64,000 nt of DNA from Minisyncoccota bacterium (lineage in GTDB: Bacteria; Patescibacteriota; Minisyncoccia; Phycocordibacterales; DATDWN01), in the NCBI GenBank assembly GCA_041658985.1, contig JBAZZC010000006.1, positions 2,369 to 66,368 of the forward strand, in the 5' to 3' direction. This document shows, piece after piece, positions 19,506 to 29,754 of this stretch. The first letter of the stretch is position 1, and each line of letters starts with the position of its first letter. Position numbers and translations under genes: made by a program. The notes beneath the pieces were generated by a model. It saw only the letters and a list, made by a program, of their open reading frames with translations. It was not told where the DNA came from and did no database searches.

Positions 19506-22500
19506 TTATTGATAACGGTTTCGTTCGTCAATGATTTCTGGTCTAGCGGCTCTCATTTCAGCAATCATGTCGTACTTTTTACTACCCTTAAACCCTGTTC
19601 CAGCTGGAATAAGCCGTCCAAGAATAACATTCTCCATAAGTCCGGCTAGTTTATCGGCTGTGCCTTTAATGGCACTTGATATAAGCATTCGTGTTGTATG
19701 CTGAAAGGCTGCTGCTGCCAAGAAACTCTTTCGCGACAAAGATACATCTGTGATACCCATAACCACACCCTCGGCTTTTGCTTCTTCTAATCCAAGTTCT
19801 TTCAATCTTGCATTTTCTTCAGCAAGAAAAGCTAGTTCAACTAAATCCCCCTCCAAAAAGATACTGTCCCCAGGATTTTTTACTCTCTTTCTCGAGAACA
19901 TTTGTCGCACGATGGTTTCAATGTGTTTTCTGGAAACATTTTCACCCTGAAGTTCATAAGGTTTGTTAATTTCGTGAATAATATAATCAATCGTCTTGTC
20001 CTTACCTGCATATCTGAAAAGCTCATCTATATCAGCCGAACCATCTGTAATCATCTCTCCTTTTTTTACCTCATCACCAATCTTGACTAAAATTGTTCGA
20101 CTAAGAGAAATTGAATACTCAATCTTATCTTTACTCTTTGTTCTATCTTCTAAAATTGGGGTAATAACAATTACCTTTTCTTTGTCGGTCACCCTTATAT
20201 CAGAAATTGTACCAGACACTGAACAAACAACTGCTGGATTTTTTGGTTTTCTTTTTTCAAACAATTCCTCTACTCTAGGAAGACCAGAAACGATATCTCC
20301 AGCAACTGATGCTGTACCTCCTGCGTGGAAAGTTCTCATTGTCAGCTGTGTTCCTGGCTCTCCAATCGCTTGTCCAGCCACTGTACCAACAGCCTCACCA
20401 AGTTCAACCACCTTATTTTTACCAAGATCAGCTCCATAACATTTCACACAAATACCATTTAGGGTTTTACATGAAAGTGGAGACCTTACGTTAACAGAAG
20501 TAACACCCACCATCTCTATTTCCTGAGCTTCTTTTTTGTTAATCAATTGGTCTTTTTTAAACATGACTTTTCCATTCTTATCTACAACATCAGCAGCCAA
20601 AAATCTCCCTTTTATGTGTTTTGCAATAGGAATTTCTATTCCTGATATGGCAAATTTATCTATAACCACACCCTCCTTTGTTCCACAATCCTCTTCTGTG
20701 ATAATTGTATCTTGAGCTACGACGAACATTTTCCTAGTTAGATATCCAGATTTAGCCGTGTTAAGAGCAGTATCGGTTAGACCTTTTCTAGCTCCGTGGG
20801 TGGTAATAAAATATTCAAGTGGAGTAAGACCCTCCTTTGAACAAGAAATTATCGGGAAATCAATAGTCTCCCCCGCTGTGTTTGTAATAAGTCCCTTCAT
20901 ACCAGCCATTTGGGTAATATTTCCCATCGTACCTCGAGCACCCGACGACACCATGTCTATAACCGAACCGTTTTTTGGAAGAGTTGCGGGCATAAGCTTT
21001 TCTACTTCAGCTTTTGCGGCATGCCAGATTTCTATAGTTTGTCTTAAGCGTTCTTCTTTAGAAATAAGTCCTGTATTAAAGTGTTCCATTATGGCATCGG
21101 CTTTCTTTCTAGATTTATCAATAATATCCTTTTTGCCTTCCGGAATTAAAATATCATCTATTCCCCAAGTTGTACCAGAATGGGTAGCATATTTGAATCC
21201 GAAATTTTTAATTTTGTCTATAATAACCGCCACATTTTCAATGCCATATTTTTCTATCAGGTCGTCAACCAAAAAAGTTGTCTTCTTTTTATTTATTTCT
21301 CCATTTATGAAAGGATAATCCTTTGGAAGAACCGAATTAAACAGCAAACGCCCCACAGTTGTCTCAAATAACTTCCCGTTAAATTGTCTGTATCTCTCTG
21401 ATTCAGAAGGCAAGACTTTTATTTTTGCTCTAAACGATACAGCCTCAAGGTCATAGGCGGTAATAGCTGTGTTTGGAGATGAGAAAAATTTTCCTTCTCC
21501 CTTTTCACCATCAATTTCTTTTGTCATCCAATAACAACCCAAAACGATATCAAGCATTTTAGCAGACACGGTTGGGTCTCCTGAACCAGGTTTTAAGATG
21601 TTTTTATCTGACGCCATTATTTCTCTAGCTTCTAATTGAGCTTCGTCGGATAACGGCACATGAACAGCCATTTGGTCACCGTCGAAATCGGCATTAAATG
21701 CTGAACAAACCAAAGGATGAAGTTGAATGGCATTTCCTTCTATCAGAACTGGTTTAAAGGCTTGAATACCGAGACGATGTAAAGTTGGCGCACGGTTTAG
21801 AAGAACATATTTACCAGAGATAACTTCCTCAAGAATAGCCCAAACTTCTGGAATACCATCTTCTATAAGCTTACTAGCTCCTCTTATATTGTATGCAAGT
21901 TCTTTTTGTATAATTTGTGAAATAATAAAAGGTTTAAAAAGCTCTAAGGCCATGTGTTTTGGTAGACCACATTGATTTAGGTGTAAATCTGGACCAACGA
22001 CAATCACAGACCTTCCAGAATAATCTACTCTTTTACCCAAAAGATTTTGTCGAAACAAACCTCTTTTTCCCTTAAGATTGTCGGCGATGGATTTTAATGG
22101 TCGTCTCTGTGACTGGTTTATGGCACCAGATGCCGAACCATGTCTTATGGTGTTATCTATAAGAGCATCAACTGCTTCTTGAAGAATTCTTTTTTCGTTT
22201 CGCAAGATAACATCTGGAGCATGGATTTCCTTTAGCTTTTTTAATCGATTGTTTCTATTTATAACTCGTCTATATAGGTCATTAACATCCGACGTAGCAT
22301 ATCTACCACCATCAAGTGGAACCATTGGTCGAAGAGCAGGTGGCATAACAGGAATGTTTATCAAGAACATCCATTCAGGTCTTATGTTGGAGTTAATCAT
22401 TGCCCCAATGACATTGATTCTTTTGTTTATCTTTGCAACATCCAAACTATTGGCTTTTTCCAATTCTTTTTTAAGTTGAGATAAGAGTTTATGTAGGTCA

Positions 22501-23183
22501 ATTTTTTTGAAGATATTATAAATTGCCTCAGCTCCTATACCAGCCTCAAAAAGGGTTCCGTATTTCATCCCAAAATTATAATATTCTATCTCGTCTAGCA
22601 CTCTACCCTCTTGGATAGATTCTATTTCTCGTTTTGCATTAAGAAGCATTTCTTTAACTACTTCTTTTGTTTTTTCATCCTGGAGAGATTTGATTTTCGC
22701 TTTGTATTCTGAATCAAGGTCCTTTAATGTCCGAGTCCTGTCTTCTTCTGAAACTTTCGTGATAATATATCCGGCAAAATAAATCACTTTTTCTATATCT
22801 GCTGTAGGAATACCCAAAACCAAACTAATGCGACTTGGCATTGATTTCAAAAACCAGATGTGTGAGACAACTGTCGCAAGCTCTATATGTCCCATTCTCT
22901 CCCTACGAACAATAGACCTGGTTATTTCCACCCCACATTTTTCACAAACAATTCCCTTGTAACGAATACCACGATATTTTCCACAATAACATTCGTAGTC
23001 CTTATCTGGACCAAAGATTTTCTCATCAAAAAGACCATTTTTTTCACTACGCTGTGTCCTATAATTTATTGTTTCCGGTTTAGTTACTTCGCCAAAAGAC
23101 CATTCCTTTATTCTTTCAGGAGAAGCTACTTTCAAAGCTATTGTTTCAAAATTATTTGGGTCTGTTGTTGTTCTTGTTTTCAT
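19506..23183 (-). CDS. rpoC: RNA polymerase beta' subunit
   Basis: Zn finger CYCGKYRG...CEKCGVE, catalytic NADFDGDQM and trigger loop. 1225 aa. Confidence 0.95.
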   Translation of the reverse strand: MKTRTTTDPNNFETIALKVASPERIKEWSFGEVTKPETINYRTQRSEKNGLFDEKIFGPDKDYECYCGKYRGIRYKGIVCEKCGVEITRSIVRRERMGHIELATVVSHIWFLKSMPSRISLVLGIPTADIEKVIYFAGYIITKVSEEDRTRTLKDLDSEYKAKIKSLQDEKTKEVVKEMLLNAKREIESIQEGRVLDEIEYYNFGMKYGTLFEAGIGAEAIYNIFKKIDLHKLLSQLKKELEKANSLDVAKINKRINVIGAMINSNIRPEWMFLINIPVMPPALRPMVPLDGGRYATSDVNDLYRRVINRNNRLKKLKEIHAPDVILRNEKRILQEAVDALIDNTIRHGSASGAINQSQRRPLKSIADNLKGKRGLFRQNLLGKRVDYSGRSVIVVGPDLHLNQCGLPKHMALELFKPFIISQIIQKELAYNIRGASKLIEDGIPEVWAILEEVISGKYVLLNRAPTLHRLGIQAFKPVLIEGNAIQLHPLVCSAFNADFDGDQMAVHVPLSDEAQLEAREIMASDKNILKPGSGDPTVSAKMLDIVLGCYWMTKEIDGEKGEGKFFSSPNTAITAYDLEAVSFRAKIKVLPSESERYRQFNGKLFETTVGRLLFNSVLPKDYPFINGEINKKKTTFLVDDLIEKYGIENVAVIIDKIKNFGFKYATHSGTTWGIDDILIPEGKKDIIDKSRKKADAIMEHFNTGLISKEERLRQTIEIWHAAKAEVEKLMPATLPKNGSVIDMVSSGARGTMGNITQMAGMKGLITNTAGETIDFPIISCSKEGLTPLEYFITTHGARKGLTDTALNTAKSGYLTRKMFVVAQDTIITEEDCGTKEGVVIDKFAISGIEIPIAKHIKGRFLAADVVDKNGKVMFKKDQLINKKEAQEIEMVGVTSVNVRSPLSCKTLNGICVKCYGADLGKNKVVELGEAVGTVAGQAIGEPGTQLTMRTFHAGGTASVAGDIVSGLPRVEELFEKRKPKNPAVVCSVSGTISDIRVTDKEKVIVITPILEDRTKSKDKIEYSISLSRTILVKIGDEVKKGEMITDGSADIDELFRYAGKDKTIDYIIHEINKPYELQGENVSRKHIETIVRQMFSRKRVKNPGDSIFLEGDLVELAFLAEENARLKELGLEEAKAEGVVMGITDVSLSRKSFLAAAAFQHTTRMLISSAIKGTADKLAGLMENVILGRLIPAGTGFKGSKKYDMIAEMRAARPEIIDERNRYQ

Positions 23184-23230
23184 CTTTTTTGTTTAGAAAT
23201 TAGAAATTAAAAATTAGAAATTTATTTATC

Positions 23231-26200
23231 TTAACTTTCTAATCTTTCCCCATTTATATCTTTCGACCCTTTTTTAATCTGAACATCTAAAGCAAGCCCT
23301 CGTAAATTATTTAGAAGAACATTGAAAGATGCTGGCGTGTTGAGCTGAGTAATCGGCAGACCCTTAACAATGGCATCAAAAGCCGCTGACCTACCAATAA
23401 TGTCATCTGATTTGATAGTTAGAATTTCTTGTAGTGTATGTGCTGCCCCGTGACCCAAAAGTGCCCAGACTTCCATTTCTCCAAATCTCTGTCCTCCATT
23501 CTGAGCTTTTCCACCAAGAGGTTGCTGTGTAATAAGAGAGTATGGACCAATAGAACGCATGTGAATCTTGTCTTCCACCATGTGATGCAGTTTAAGAATA
23601 TACATGTAACCAACAGCAACATCTTGCTCAAAAGCTTCACCAGTTCGGCCGTCAAAAAGTTTCATTTTTCCAGTTTCACTGAATCCTGCTTTTTTTAATT
23701 CGTCCTTGATTTCCTCACCAGTTGCTCCAGCAAACGGAGGAACAATTGCTTGGTAACCCAAGGTATGCGCTGCTAATCCTAAGTGAAGCTCTAGGATTTG
23801 TCCCAAGTTCATACGAGACGGCACACCAAGCGGAGTCAAAATAACATCAATAGGTGTACCATCCACCATATATGGCATATCTTCCTCTGGAAGGATTCTT
23901 GAAATAACACCTTTGTTTCCGTGTCGTCCAGCAAGTTTGTCTCCTACTGAGACATTTCGAAGTTGAGCCACCTCAATATGAATTCTTTTTATAATACCAG
24001 AATCTAATTTATCACCATTTTCTCTTGAAAAAATTTGGACCTTTATGATTCGCCCTTTTTTACCACCCTCCATTCTTTTTGATGTATCTTTTACATCATG
24101 AGCCTTCTCCCCAAAGAGTGAGCGCAACAATCTTTCTTCTGGAGTAAGTTGGGTTTCTCCTTTTGGAGTAATTTTACCAACGAGAATATCTCCCGGTCTA
24201 ACTTCTGCTCCGACTTGGACAATACCATCCTCTGCAAGGTTTTTTAATTTTGCCTCACCTACATTAGGAATATCACAAGTAGTAACTTCTGGACCCAATT
24301 TTGTATCCCGAACATTAACCACAAATTCTTCTATGTGAATAGATGTGAATTTACTGTCTTTTACCACCCTTTCAGAGAGAATAATAGCGTCTTCATAGTT
24401 TGAGCCACTCCAAGACATAAAGGCAACTAACATGTTCTGTCCGATTGCTGATTGTCCATCCTTGCTTGCTGATGTGTCTGCAATTATTTCTCCTTTTTTT
24501 ATCTTGTCACCAACATTAACCCTTGGTCTCTGATGGAAAGCTGTAAAGTTATTTGTTCGAGAAAATCTTATAAGTTCGTACTCTTTATATTTGTCCTGAT
24601 TGTTTTTCGTAATGATTTTTATGCCGTCAGAATGAGTAACAACCCCATCTTCAGTTGCTATAACTAGTCTGCCGGTATCTCGTAAGGCATCCGCTTCTAT
24701 ACCTGTAGCAACAAGAGGTACCTCTGAAATAACACAAGGTGTAGCTTGTCTCTGCATATTAGAAGCCATAAGGGCTCGGTTTGCTTCATCATGGTTTAGA
24801 AATGGAATCATTGATGTAGAAATAGAGAAAGCTTGGTTGGTTGAAACATCAATAAAATCGACTTTATCTCTTGAAATAATACCGGGGTTCCCTTCTGTAC
24901 GAATCTCAACATCATCCACTAAAATTTTTCCATTTTCATCTACCGGGGTCGCCGCATGAGCAATGGCATAGCTTTCCTCTTCAGAAGCATTTAGAAATAC
25001 AATTTCATCAGTTACTACTCCCTTTTTAACTTTTGCATATGGGGTCTCTATCATTCCAAAACTATTAATTCTGGCGTAGATGGCCAAACGTAAAACCAGA
25101 CCAATGTTTGGACCCTCTGGCGTATTAATCGGACAAAGTCGTCCATAGTGAGAATGATGCACGTCACGAACCTCATATCCTGCTCTTGTACGATTAAGAC
25201 CTCCGGGACCAAGTGCAGACAACGTTCGCAAATATTCTATTTCAGAAAGAGGATTTGTCTGGTCCATAAAGTGAGAAAGTTGGTTCGTGGTGAAAAATTC
25301 TTTAATACGTGCCTGAAGTGGCTTTGGAGATATAAATTGAACAGGTAAGGTAACGTCGGTATCAATAGTAGACATTCTGTTTTGAATGTTTCTTTTGATT
25401 TGAGCCATGCCTGTACGGATTTTCTGTTGAAAAAGCTCCCCAACAAATCTCACTCTGCGACTACCAAGATGGTCAATGTCGTCTTCCATAGCATCCGGAG
25501 TGTTGTTTAGAAAAGCCACATGAGAAATTATAGTAACTAGATCATCAAGGGAGATGGTCTTTTTCTTGAGTTCCTTGTCGTCCATTTTTTTATTGAATCG
25601 CTTATTAAATCGATATCTTCCGACAGGAGAGAGGTCGTATCTTTCCTCTTCAAAAATTGAGTTAACAAACTCACGAGCATTTTCGGCTGTGGCCAAATCA
25701 CCATCACGTAATCTTTTGTGTATTTCAATGAAAGCATCATCTACACTCTTGTCTCTGTCTTTCAGTAAGGTTTTTTCTATGGTTTGAGTTGCAAACTTGT
25801 CATCAGCAAAAAGCTTTTTAATCCCCGCATCATCTTTGGCCCCTAAAACCCTAAGAAGGGTTGTACAGACAAATTTTCTTTTGCGGTCAATACGCACATA
25901 AACCACCCCATCTAGGTCAGATTCAATTTCTACCCAAGCCCCACGAGAAGGTATAATCTTGGCCCCAAAAAGTTTGCGCCCTTTTATTTCAGAAGCAGTA
26001 AAAAACACTCCATATGAGCGTGCTAACTGAGGAACAATAACTCGTTCAATTCCAGAAATAATAAAGGTACCGTGGGAAGTCATCAAAGGAAAATCAGCCA
26101 TAAAAATCTCCTGCTCCTTTTCTGTGCCAAGAACATGATTCTTTAATTTTACCTTAACCTTGAGGGGTGCTTCGTAGGAAAGTTTGTTATCTTTTGCAAA

Positions 26201-26428
26201 ATACTCATCATGTTTAGCCTGGGCCAATTCAAAACCAGTAAAATCTAGAGTAAACTTCTTTTCCGAAAAATCTTTTATAGAAGAAAATTCTTCAAAGACT
26301 TCTTTTAGTCCCTTTTCTACAAGCCATTTAAAAGAGTCCAGTTGTGGTTCAACAAAGTTCGGCGTCGAAACAAGTGGCTTTTTAAAGCGACTGAAAAACT
26401 TCTGTGGACGAGCAGTTGTTGTATTCAT
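23231..26428 (-). CDS. rpoB: RNA polymerase beta subunit
   Basis: 1065 aa with the conserved rif region, GEMEVWAL and the C-terminal clamp. Confidence 0.95.
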   Translation of the reverse strand: MNTTTARPQKFFSRFKKPLVSTPNFVEPQLDSFKWLVEKGLKEVFEEFSSIKDFSEKKFTLDFTGFELAQAKHDEYFAKDNKLSYEAPLKVKVKLKNHVLGTEKEQEIFMADFPLMTSHGTFIISGIERVIVPQLARSYGVFFTASEIKGRKLFGAKIIPSRGAWVEIESDLDGVVYVRIDRKRKFVCTTLLRVLGAKDDAGIKKLFADDKFATQTIEKTLLKDRDKSVDDAFIEIHKRLRDGDLATAENAREFVNSIFEEERYDLSPVGRYRFNKRFNKKMDDKELKKKTISLDDLVTIISHVAFLNNTPDAMEDDIDHLGSRRVRFVGELFQQKIRTGMAQIKRNIQNRMSTIDTDVTLPVQFISPKPLQARIKEFFTTNQLSHFMDQTNPLSEIEYLRTLSALGPGGLNRTRAGYEVRDVHHSHYGRLCPINTPEGPNIGLVLRLAIYARINSFGMIETPYAKVKKGVVTDEIVFLNASEEESYAIAHAATPVDENGKILVDDVEIRTEGNPGIISRDKVDFIDVSTNQAFSISTSMIPFLNHDEANRALMASNMQRQATPCVISEVPLVATGIEADALRDTGRLVIATEDGVVTHSDGIKIITKNNQDKYKEYELIRFSRTNNFTAFHQRPRVNVGDKIKKGEIIADTSASKDGQSAIGQNMLVAFMSWSGSNYEDAIILSERVVKDSKFTSIHIEEFVVNVRDTKLGPEVTTCDIPNVGEAKLKNLAEDGIVQVGAEVRPGDILVGKITPKGETQLTPEERLLRSLFGEKAHDVKDTSKRMEGGKKGRIIKVQIFSRENGDKLDSGIIKRIHIEVAQLRNVSVGDKLAGRHGNKGVISRILPEEDMPYMVDGTPIDVILTPLGVPSRMNLGQILELHLGLAAHTLGYQAIVPPFAGATGEEIKDELKKAGFSETGKMKLFDGRTGEAFEQDVAVGYMYILKLHHMVEDKIHMRSIGPYSLITQQPLGGKAQNGGQRFGEMEVWALLGHGAAHTLQEILTIKSDDIIGRSAAFDAIVKGLPITQLNTPASFNVLLNNLRGLALDVQIKKGSKDINGERLES

Positions 26429-26461
26429 ATAAAATATGTTTGTAAAAATCTTGCCTTATTA

Positions 26462-26604
26462 ATAAATCCGAACACCAACTTTGACATCGTTACTTCTGTC
26501 CCAAGTTTTGCTAACCAGACTTATCTATGTGTCCATCAATACTTAATGGGTCATATCATTAAAGTAACAATGGGACAATGTCAAAGTTGGTGTGCGGATA
26601 AAAA
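26462..26604. repeat. Paired-arm inverted-repeat element, family 1 copy B (rpoB upstream/leader region)
   Basis: Arms AATCCGAACACCAACTTTGACATCGTTACTTCTGTCCCA and TGGGACAATGTCAAAGTTGGTGTGCGGATAAAA. The arm-specific variants CCAACTTTGAC co-vary in both arms. Confidence 0.65.
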
Positions 26605-26615
26605 CGAACACAAAC

Positions 26616-26648
26616 ACAAAGAGACCCTTTCCCCAAAGGGCTCTGTTT
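26616..26648 (-). terminator. Intrinsic terminator closing the lexA-DUF167 operon ahead of rpoB (hairpin is near-symmetric)
   Basis: AGAGACCCTTT-CCCC-AAAGGGCTCT with T-runs on both sides. Confidence 0.55.
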
Positions 26649-26811
26649 CTGTTATTAATTTTTTAGCGATTTTGTCGCAAAATAGTGTAAGCGGACCAAT
26701 TAACCTTGTAATCCCTTCACTTTCCACCAAGACTCAATCGTATGAAGTTAAAACTGAGTATACGTCAAGAGCATATTATCTGTCAAGTAAAGTCAACAGA
26801 GTTATCCACAG

Positions 26812-26922
26812 TTTATCCAGGCACCAAGTAGACAAGAAAAACACACCCTTACTAGCCACTTCTGTACATCGATGAACACAGATTAATTAATACTAATGAG
26901 TTATACTTGTCTACTTGGTGCC
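26812..26922. repeat. Family-2 inverted-repeat element, module 1 (arms TTTATCCAGGCACCAAGTAGACAAG)
   Basis: 25-bp perfect inverted arms across a ~60-nt spacer that contains ACTAGCCACTTCTGTACATCGATGAACA. Confidence 0.6.
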
Positions 26923-26949
26923 TGGATGAATTCACAGTGGGTTTGACAC

Positions 26950-27070
26950 CTACATCCAGGCACTAATTGAATGAGTGTAATTCCTTGATATTAATCTATT
27001 TATGTTCATCGATGTACAGAAGTGGCTAGTAGAGATATTTTCTTCTCATTCAATTAGTGCCTGGATAAAT
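26950..27070. repeat. Family-2 inverted-repeat element, module 2 (arms ATCCAGGCACTAATTGAATGAG), an inverted and diverged copy of module 1
   Basis: Its spacer carries the reverse complement of the same 30-nt core. The arms are perfect within this copy but differ from module 1 after ATCCAGGCAC. Confidence 0.6.
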
Positions 27071-27327
27071 TAGTCTGGAATTTCAAAAATCTTCCTCTTG
27101 GACGTTGCCCCAGAAACCAACCTTACAAGAGATGGAGCAATATCAAAATATTTTGCCAATACTTTAATAATGGCTTCGTTGGCTTTTCCTCCTACAGGCA
27201 CCTCTTTTACTGAAACTTTGTATTCTACCATCCCCTGTCCACCTTTATCAAAATCAAGTGTTGGCTGTCCGACACGTTCCACCACTTCAATCTTTGCTTT
27301 TGGTTTAGCTATAACTACAATCCTCAT
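27070..27327 (-). CDS. DUF167/YggU-family small protein
   Basis: 85 aa with a YggU-like fold signature (...EGKANEAIIKVLAKYF...). Overlaps the lexA stop. Confidence 0.55.
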   Translation of the reverse strand: MRIVVIAKPKAKIEVVERVGQPTLDFDKGGQGMVEYKVSVKEVPVGGKANEAIIKVLAKYFDIAPSLVRLVSGATSKRKIFEIPD

Positions 27328-27328
27328 T

Positions 27329-27907
27329 TTAATATTTTCGGATTACTCCGCGTACTATCGCTGCTACCTTCAGGTCATACTGTGGATAAATTGGTGAATA
27401 GTTTTTATTGGCCGGTTTTAGATAAACTAATCCCCCCTTCTTTTTAAAATACTTCATAGTCCAACCCCCGTCAACTTCTGCAATAACAATATCTCCATCC
27501 TTTGGGTCTCCCTTTCTTTCCACCAGAACCAAGTCACCCTCTTTTATACCCTCATCTATCATTGAGTCACCTTTTACTTCTAATAAATAAGTTCCCTCTT
27601 TATTACCCACAAGATATTCATCTAAGCTCAAAGAATCAAATATGTTGGCATCAACAGAGGTTGGAATACCCGCCTCAACCAAACCAAGAAGTGGAATCTC
27701 TCCAAAAATTTTCATGGGGGTCAGTCTCCCGCTTGAGTCCTTATCAACCACCTCATCCTCAACCAACTTATTGATTAATTTGTAAACAGCATTTTTTGAC
27801 CTGAATCCAACAAGAGACATTATTTCCTTGTACCCAGGCATTCTCCGATTTTTTTGATAGAAAGAGATAATTTTATTTTTTTGTGAGATGTATTTTTCTT
27901 CAGACAT
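27329..27907 (-). CDS. lexA: LexA repressor (S24 peptidase)
   Basis: N-terminal wHTH, cleavage site near AG, and the catalytic Ser and Lys in GDSM...KGDPKDGDIVIAEVDGGWTMKYFKK. Confidence 0.85.
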   Translation of the reverse strand: MSEEKYISQKNKIISFYQKNRRMPGYKEIMSLVGFRSKNAVYKLINKLVEDEVVDKDSSGRLTPMKIFGEIPLLGLVEAGIPTSVDANIFDSLSLDEYLVGNKEGTYLLEVKGDSMIDEGIKEGDLVLVERKGDPKDGDIVIAEVDGGWTMKYFKKKGGLVYLKPANKNYSPIYPQYDLKVAAIVRGVIRKY

Positions 27908-27912
27908 ACTAG

Positions 27913-28055
27913 TTTATCCGCACACTAACTCTGGTATCGTTGCCTCGTCTCCAGATTTAGTTGTGGTTATTTTTATTTGCGTTTATAAAAGTAATAAATT
28001 TAATATTAATTATGGCAACACTGGAGACAATACCAGAGTTAGTGTTCGGATTAAT
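27913..28055. repeat. Paired-arm inverted-repeat element, family 1 copy C (between the small ORF and lexA)
   Basis: Arms TTTATCCGCACACTAACTCTGGTATCGTTGCCTCGTCTCCAG and CTGGAGACAATACCAGAGTTAGTGTTCGGATTAAT (~40 bp). The left arm ends 5 nt before the lexA ATG. Confidence 0.65.
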
Positions 28056-28255
28056 TAAACTGTACTAAATGCTCTCCCAAACCAATTATTAGCAGACCTA
28101 TTTTCTTTCTTAACTTCTGCCAATCTGGATAAAATAAATCTATGCCTTTTTGCTTCCCTTGCATACGATAAACCTTTTATGATTTTGTGGTCAATAACAT
28201 CATTTAAAACTTCCAATTCACTTCTCAATATTTTTTCTAAATTTTGTTTACTCAT
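28055..28255 (-). CDS. Hypothetical 66-aa basic protein, first gene of the lexA operon (likely SOS-controlled)
   Basis: The ORF lies 36 nt downstream of the LexA box and co-directional with lexA. No family recognised. Confidence 0.4.
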   Translation of the reverse strand: MSKQNLEKILRSELEVLNDVIDHKIIKGLSYAREAKRHRFILSRLAEVKKENRSANNWFGRAFSTV

Positions 28256-28290
28256 GATGTTTGTTATTAAAATTTATATATAGATAGTAT

Positions 28291-28306
28291 AGTGAACTAC
28301 GGTTCA
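28291..28306. promoter_or_regulatory. LexA (SOS) box, Cheo-type GTGAAC-N4-GTTCAC
   Basis: Perfect 6+4+6 dyad GTGAACTACGGTTCAC matching the Gram-positive-type GAAC-N4-GTTC consensus. It sits between the divergent lexA operon and the IS transposase. Confidence 0.6.
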
Positions 28307-28339
28307 CCCGTCAAGTAGGTAGATGTGGATAACTCCACG

Positions 28340-29340
28340 CATATCCCTTGACAACATAATTACAGGGTATATACTTAGGGTATGAAAACAAACAAATACA
28401 CAATACAAGACTTAAAAAACCAGTTCCCCACAGACGAGGTTTGTGCGGAATACATCTTTGACTCCCTACATAGCCGTAAATGCTCATGTGGTGGCGAATA
28501 CAAGCAATTAAAGGGTCGTAGACAGTTTCAATGCTCTAAATGTAGGTATCAGGTAGCCCCGACTGTTAACACCATATTTCACAAATCACCCACCCCACTA
28601 ACTCTCTGGTTTCATGCTTTGTTTGTTTTCTCTACTTCAAAGTCTGGTCTTTCTGCAAAGAACCTAGAAAGCCAAATTGGTGTAACCTATAAATGTGCTT
28701 GGAGGATGTTAAACCAGATTAAGAAGGCACTAAAACAAAGTGGCGATAAATTAAAAGGTGTTGTAGAAACTGACGCTGGATATTTTGGTGGTGTAAAAAA
28801 CGCAGGTAGAAACAATGAGAACTTAAGTGAATCTATGAGAGCTAAAGCTGTTGTTTTAATAGCAGTAGAAAGAAATGGAAACATTAAAGCTAAAATAAGC
28901 GAAAACGCCACAGCAGACAGCCTTGAAAAGTTTGTGAGAGATAGTGTAGAAGAAAAGGCAATATTACTATCTGATAACGCAAGGGGTTTTAACAGATTAA
29001 ACAAAAACTATAGGCATTTCTCAGTCAATCACAGTAAAGGCGAATATGTGAGATACAAAACTCATGTAAACACAGTAGAGACATTCATTTCTCACCTAAA
29101 ACGAAGTATCGGGGGGACATTTAAGAGCGTTTCAAAGAAACACCTGCAGTCTTACCTAGACGCTTTTGTCTTTCATTATAACAATCGGCACAACGACAGA
29201 GAGAGGTTTTCTTCTTTGCTCGGTGCTGTATTACAGTCTTAAGGGTAAATAGGAAACTTGACTTTTTCATATAAATAGTATAAACATTATAACTTATACA
29301 CAGGTATTTTGCATCCGTAGGTAATAGTGATATAATTACA
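28340..29340 (+). mobile_element. Approximate extent of the IS1595-family insertion (ends not resolved)
   Basis: A ~20-nt imperfect direct repeat, AGTAGGTAGATGTGGATAA and CGTAGGTAATAGTGATATAA, flanks the transposase. The right flank resembles a family-1 arm. No clean terminal inverted repeat or target-site duplication was found. Confidence 0.3.
28382..29242 (+). CDS. IS1595-family (ISXO2-like) transposase
   Basis: N-terminal zinc ribbon (CSCGG...CSKCRY) plus a DDE domain. TTGACA-16-TATACT promoter ends 6 nt before the ATG, suggesting a leaderless mRNA. Confidence 0.8.
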   Translation: MKTNKYTIQDLKNQFPTDEVCAEYIFDSLHSRKCSCGGEYKQLKGRRQFQCSKCRYQVAPTVNTIFHKSPTPLTLWFHALFVFSTSKSGLSAKNLESQIGVTYKCAWRMLNQIKKALKQSGDKLKGVVETDAGYFGGVKNAGRNNENLSESMRAKAVVLIAVERNGNIKAKISENATADSLEKFVRDSVEEKAILLSDNARGFNRLNKNYRHFSVNHSKGEYVRYKTHVNTVETFISHLKRSIGGTFKSVSKKHLQSYLDAFVFHYNNRHNDRERFSSLLGAVLQS

Positions 29341-29394
29341 AAAGTTCGCAAATTAATGCTTTTTGTCAAGGCAAGATGAGATGAGGGGAATATT

Positions 29395-29484
29395 TGCGGA
29401 GGATACAGGGATTGAACCTGTGTAACGGTATTAAGCGTGTTGTCGGTGTCGTAGACCGATGCATTACCACTCTGCCAATCCTCC
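29395..29484 (-). tRNA. tRNA gene: anticodon loop CUACGAC gives ACG (Arg) tentatively, with an atypically long ~21-nt variable region
   Basis: Reverse complement has GGAGGAT acceptor stem, AGTGGTAA D-loop, TCGGT/ACCGA anticodon stem, ACAGG-TTCAATC-CCTGT T-arm and ATCCTCC 3' acceptor. No encoded CCA. Confidence 0.5.
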
Positions 29485-29754
29485 TTTTATCTTGTCTTGA
29501 TAAAGAACATTAGTTTTAACAATTACCGCTTAGGCGGTTTTTGTTTTGTATAAAAAACACTCCCGTCAACAGCCAATAATGGTTAGATTATTAGCTAATG
29601 ACTGGAGTCTTTAATAAAAACCACACTTTTAACTGATAATGTAACTAAGCTGTTGAACTTCCGAACAGAAAACTTGAAGTTACCCCTAATTATATCAGTT
29701 TTACTAGACACGCACAAGGGATTTTGGTCAATTTTACTATTGACATCAACTATT

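Noticed and set aside
19506-26428. Numerous 60-190-aa ORFs antisense to rpoB/rpoC (e.g. 20758-21318) and antisense to dnaE or gyrB
   Set aside because: They lie inside and opposite to strongly supported essential genes and are typical six-frame noise.
26800-27070. oriC, suggested by the exact DnaA box TTATCCACA and the TTATCC-type termini
   Set aside because: Only one perfect box and a few 2-mismatch boxes. No dnaA or dnaN nearby. The motifs are better explained as termini of repeated elements.
29395-29484. Plus-strand reading of the tRNA-like sequence
   Set aside because: The plus strand lacks a D-loop (AGTGGTAA) and a T-loop. Only the minus-strand reading gives a cloverleaf.
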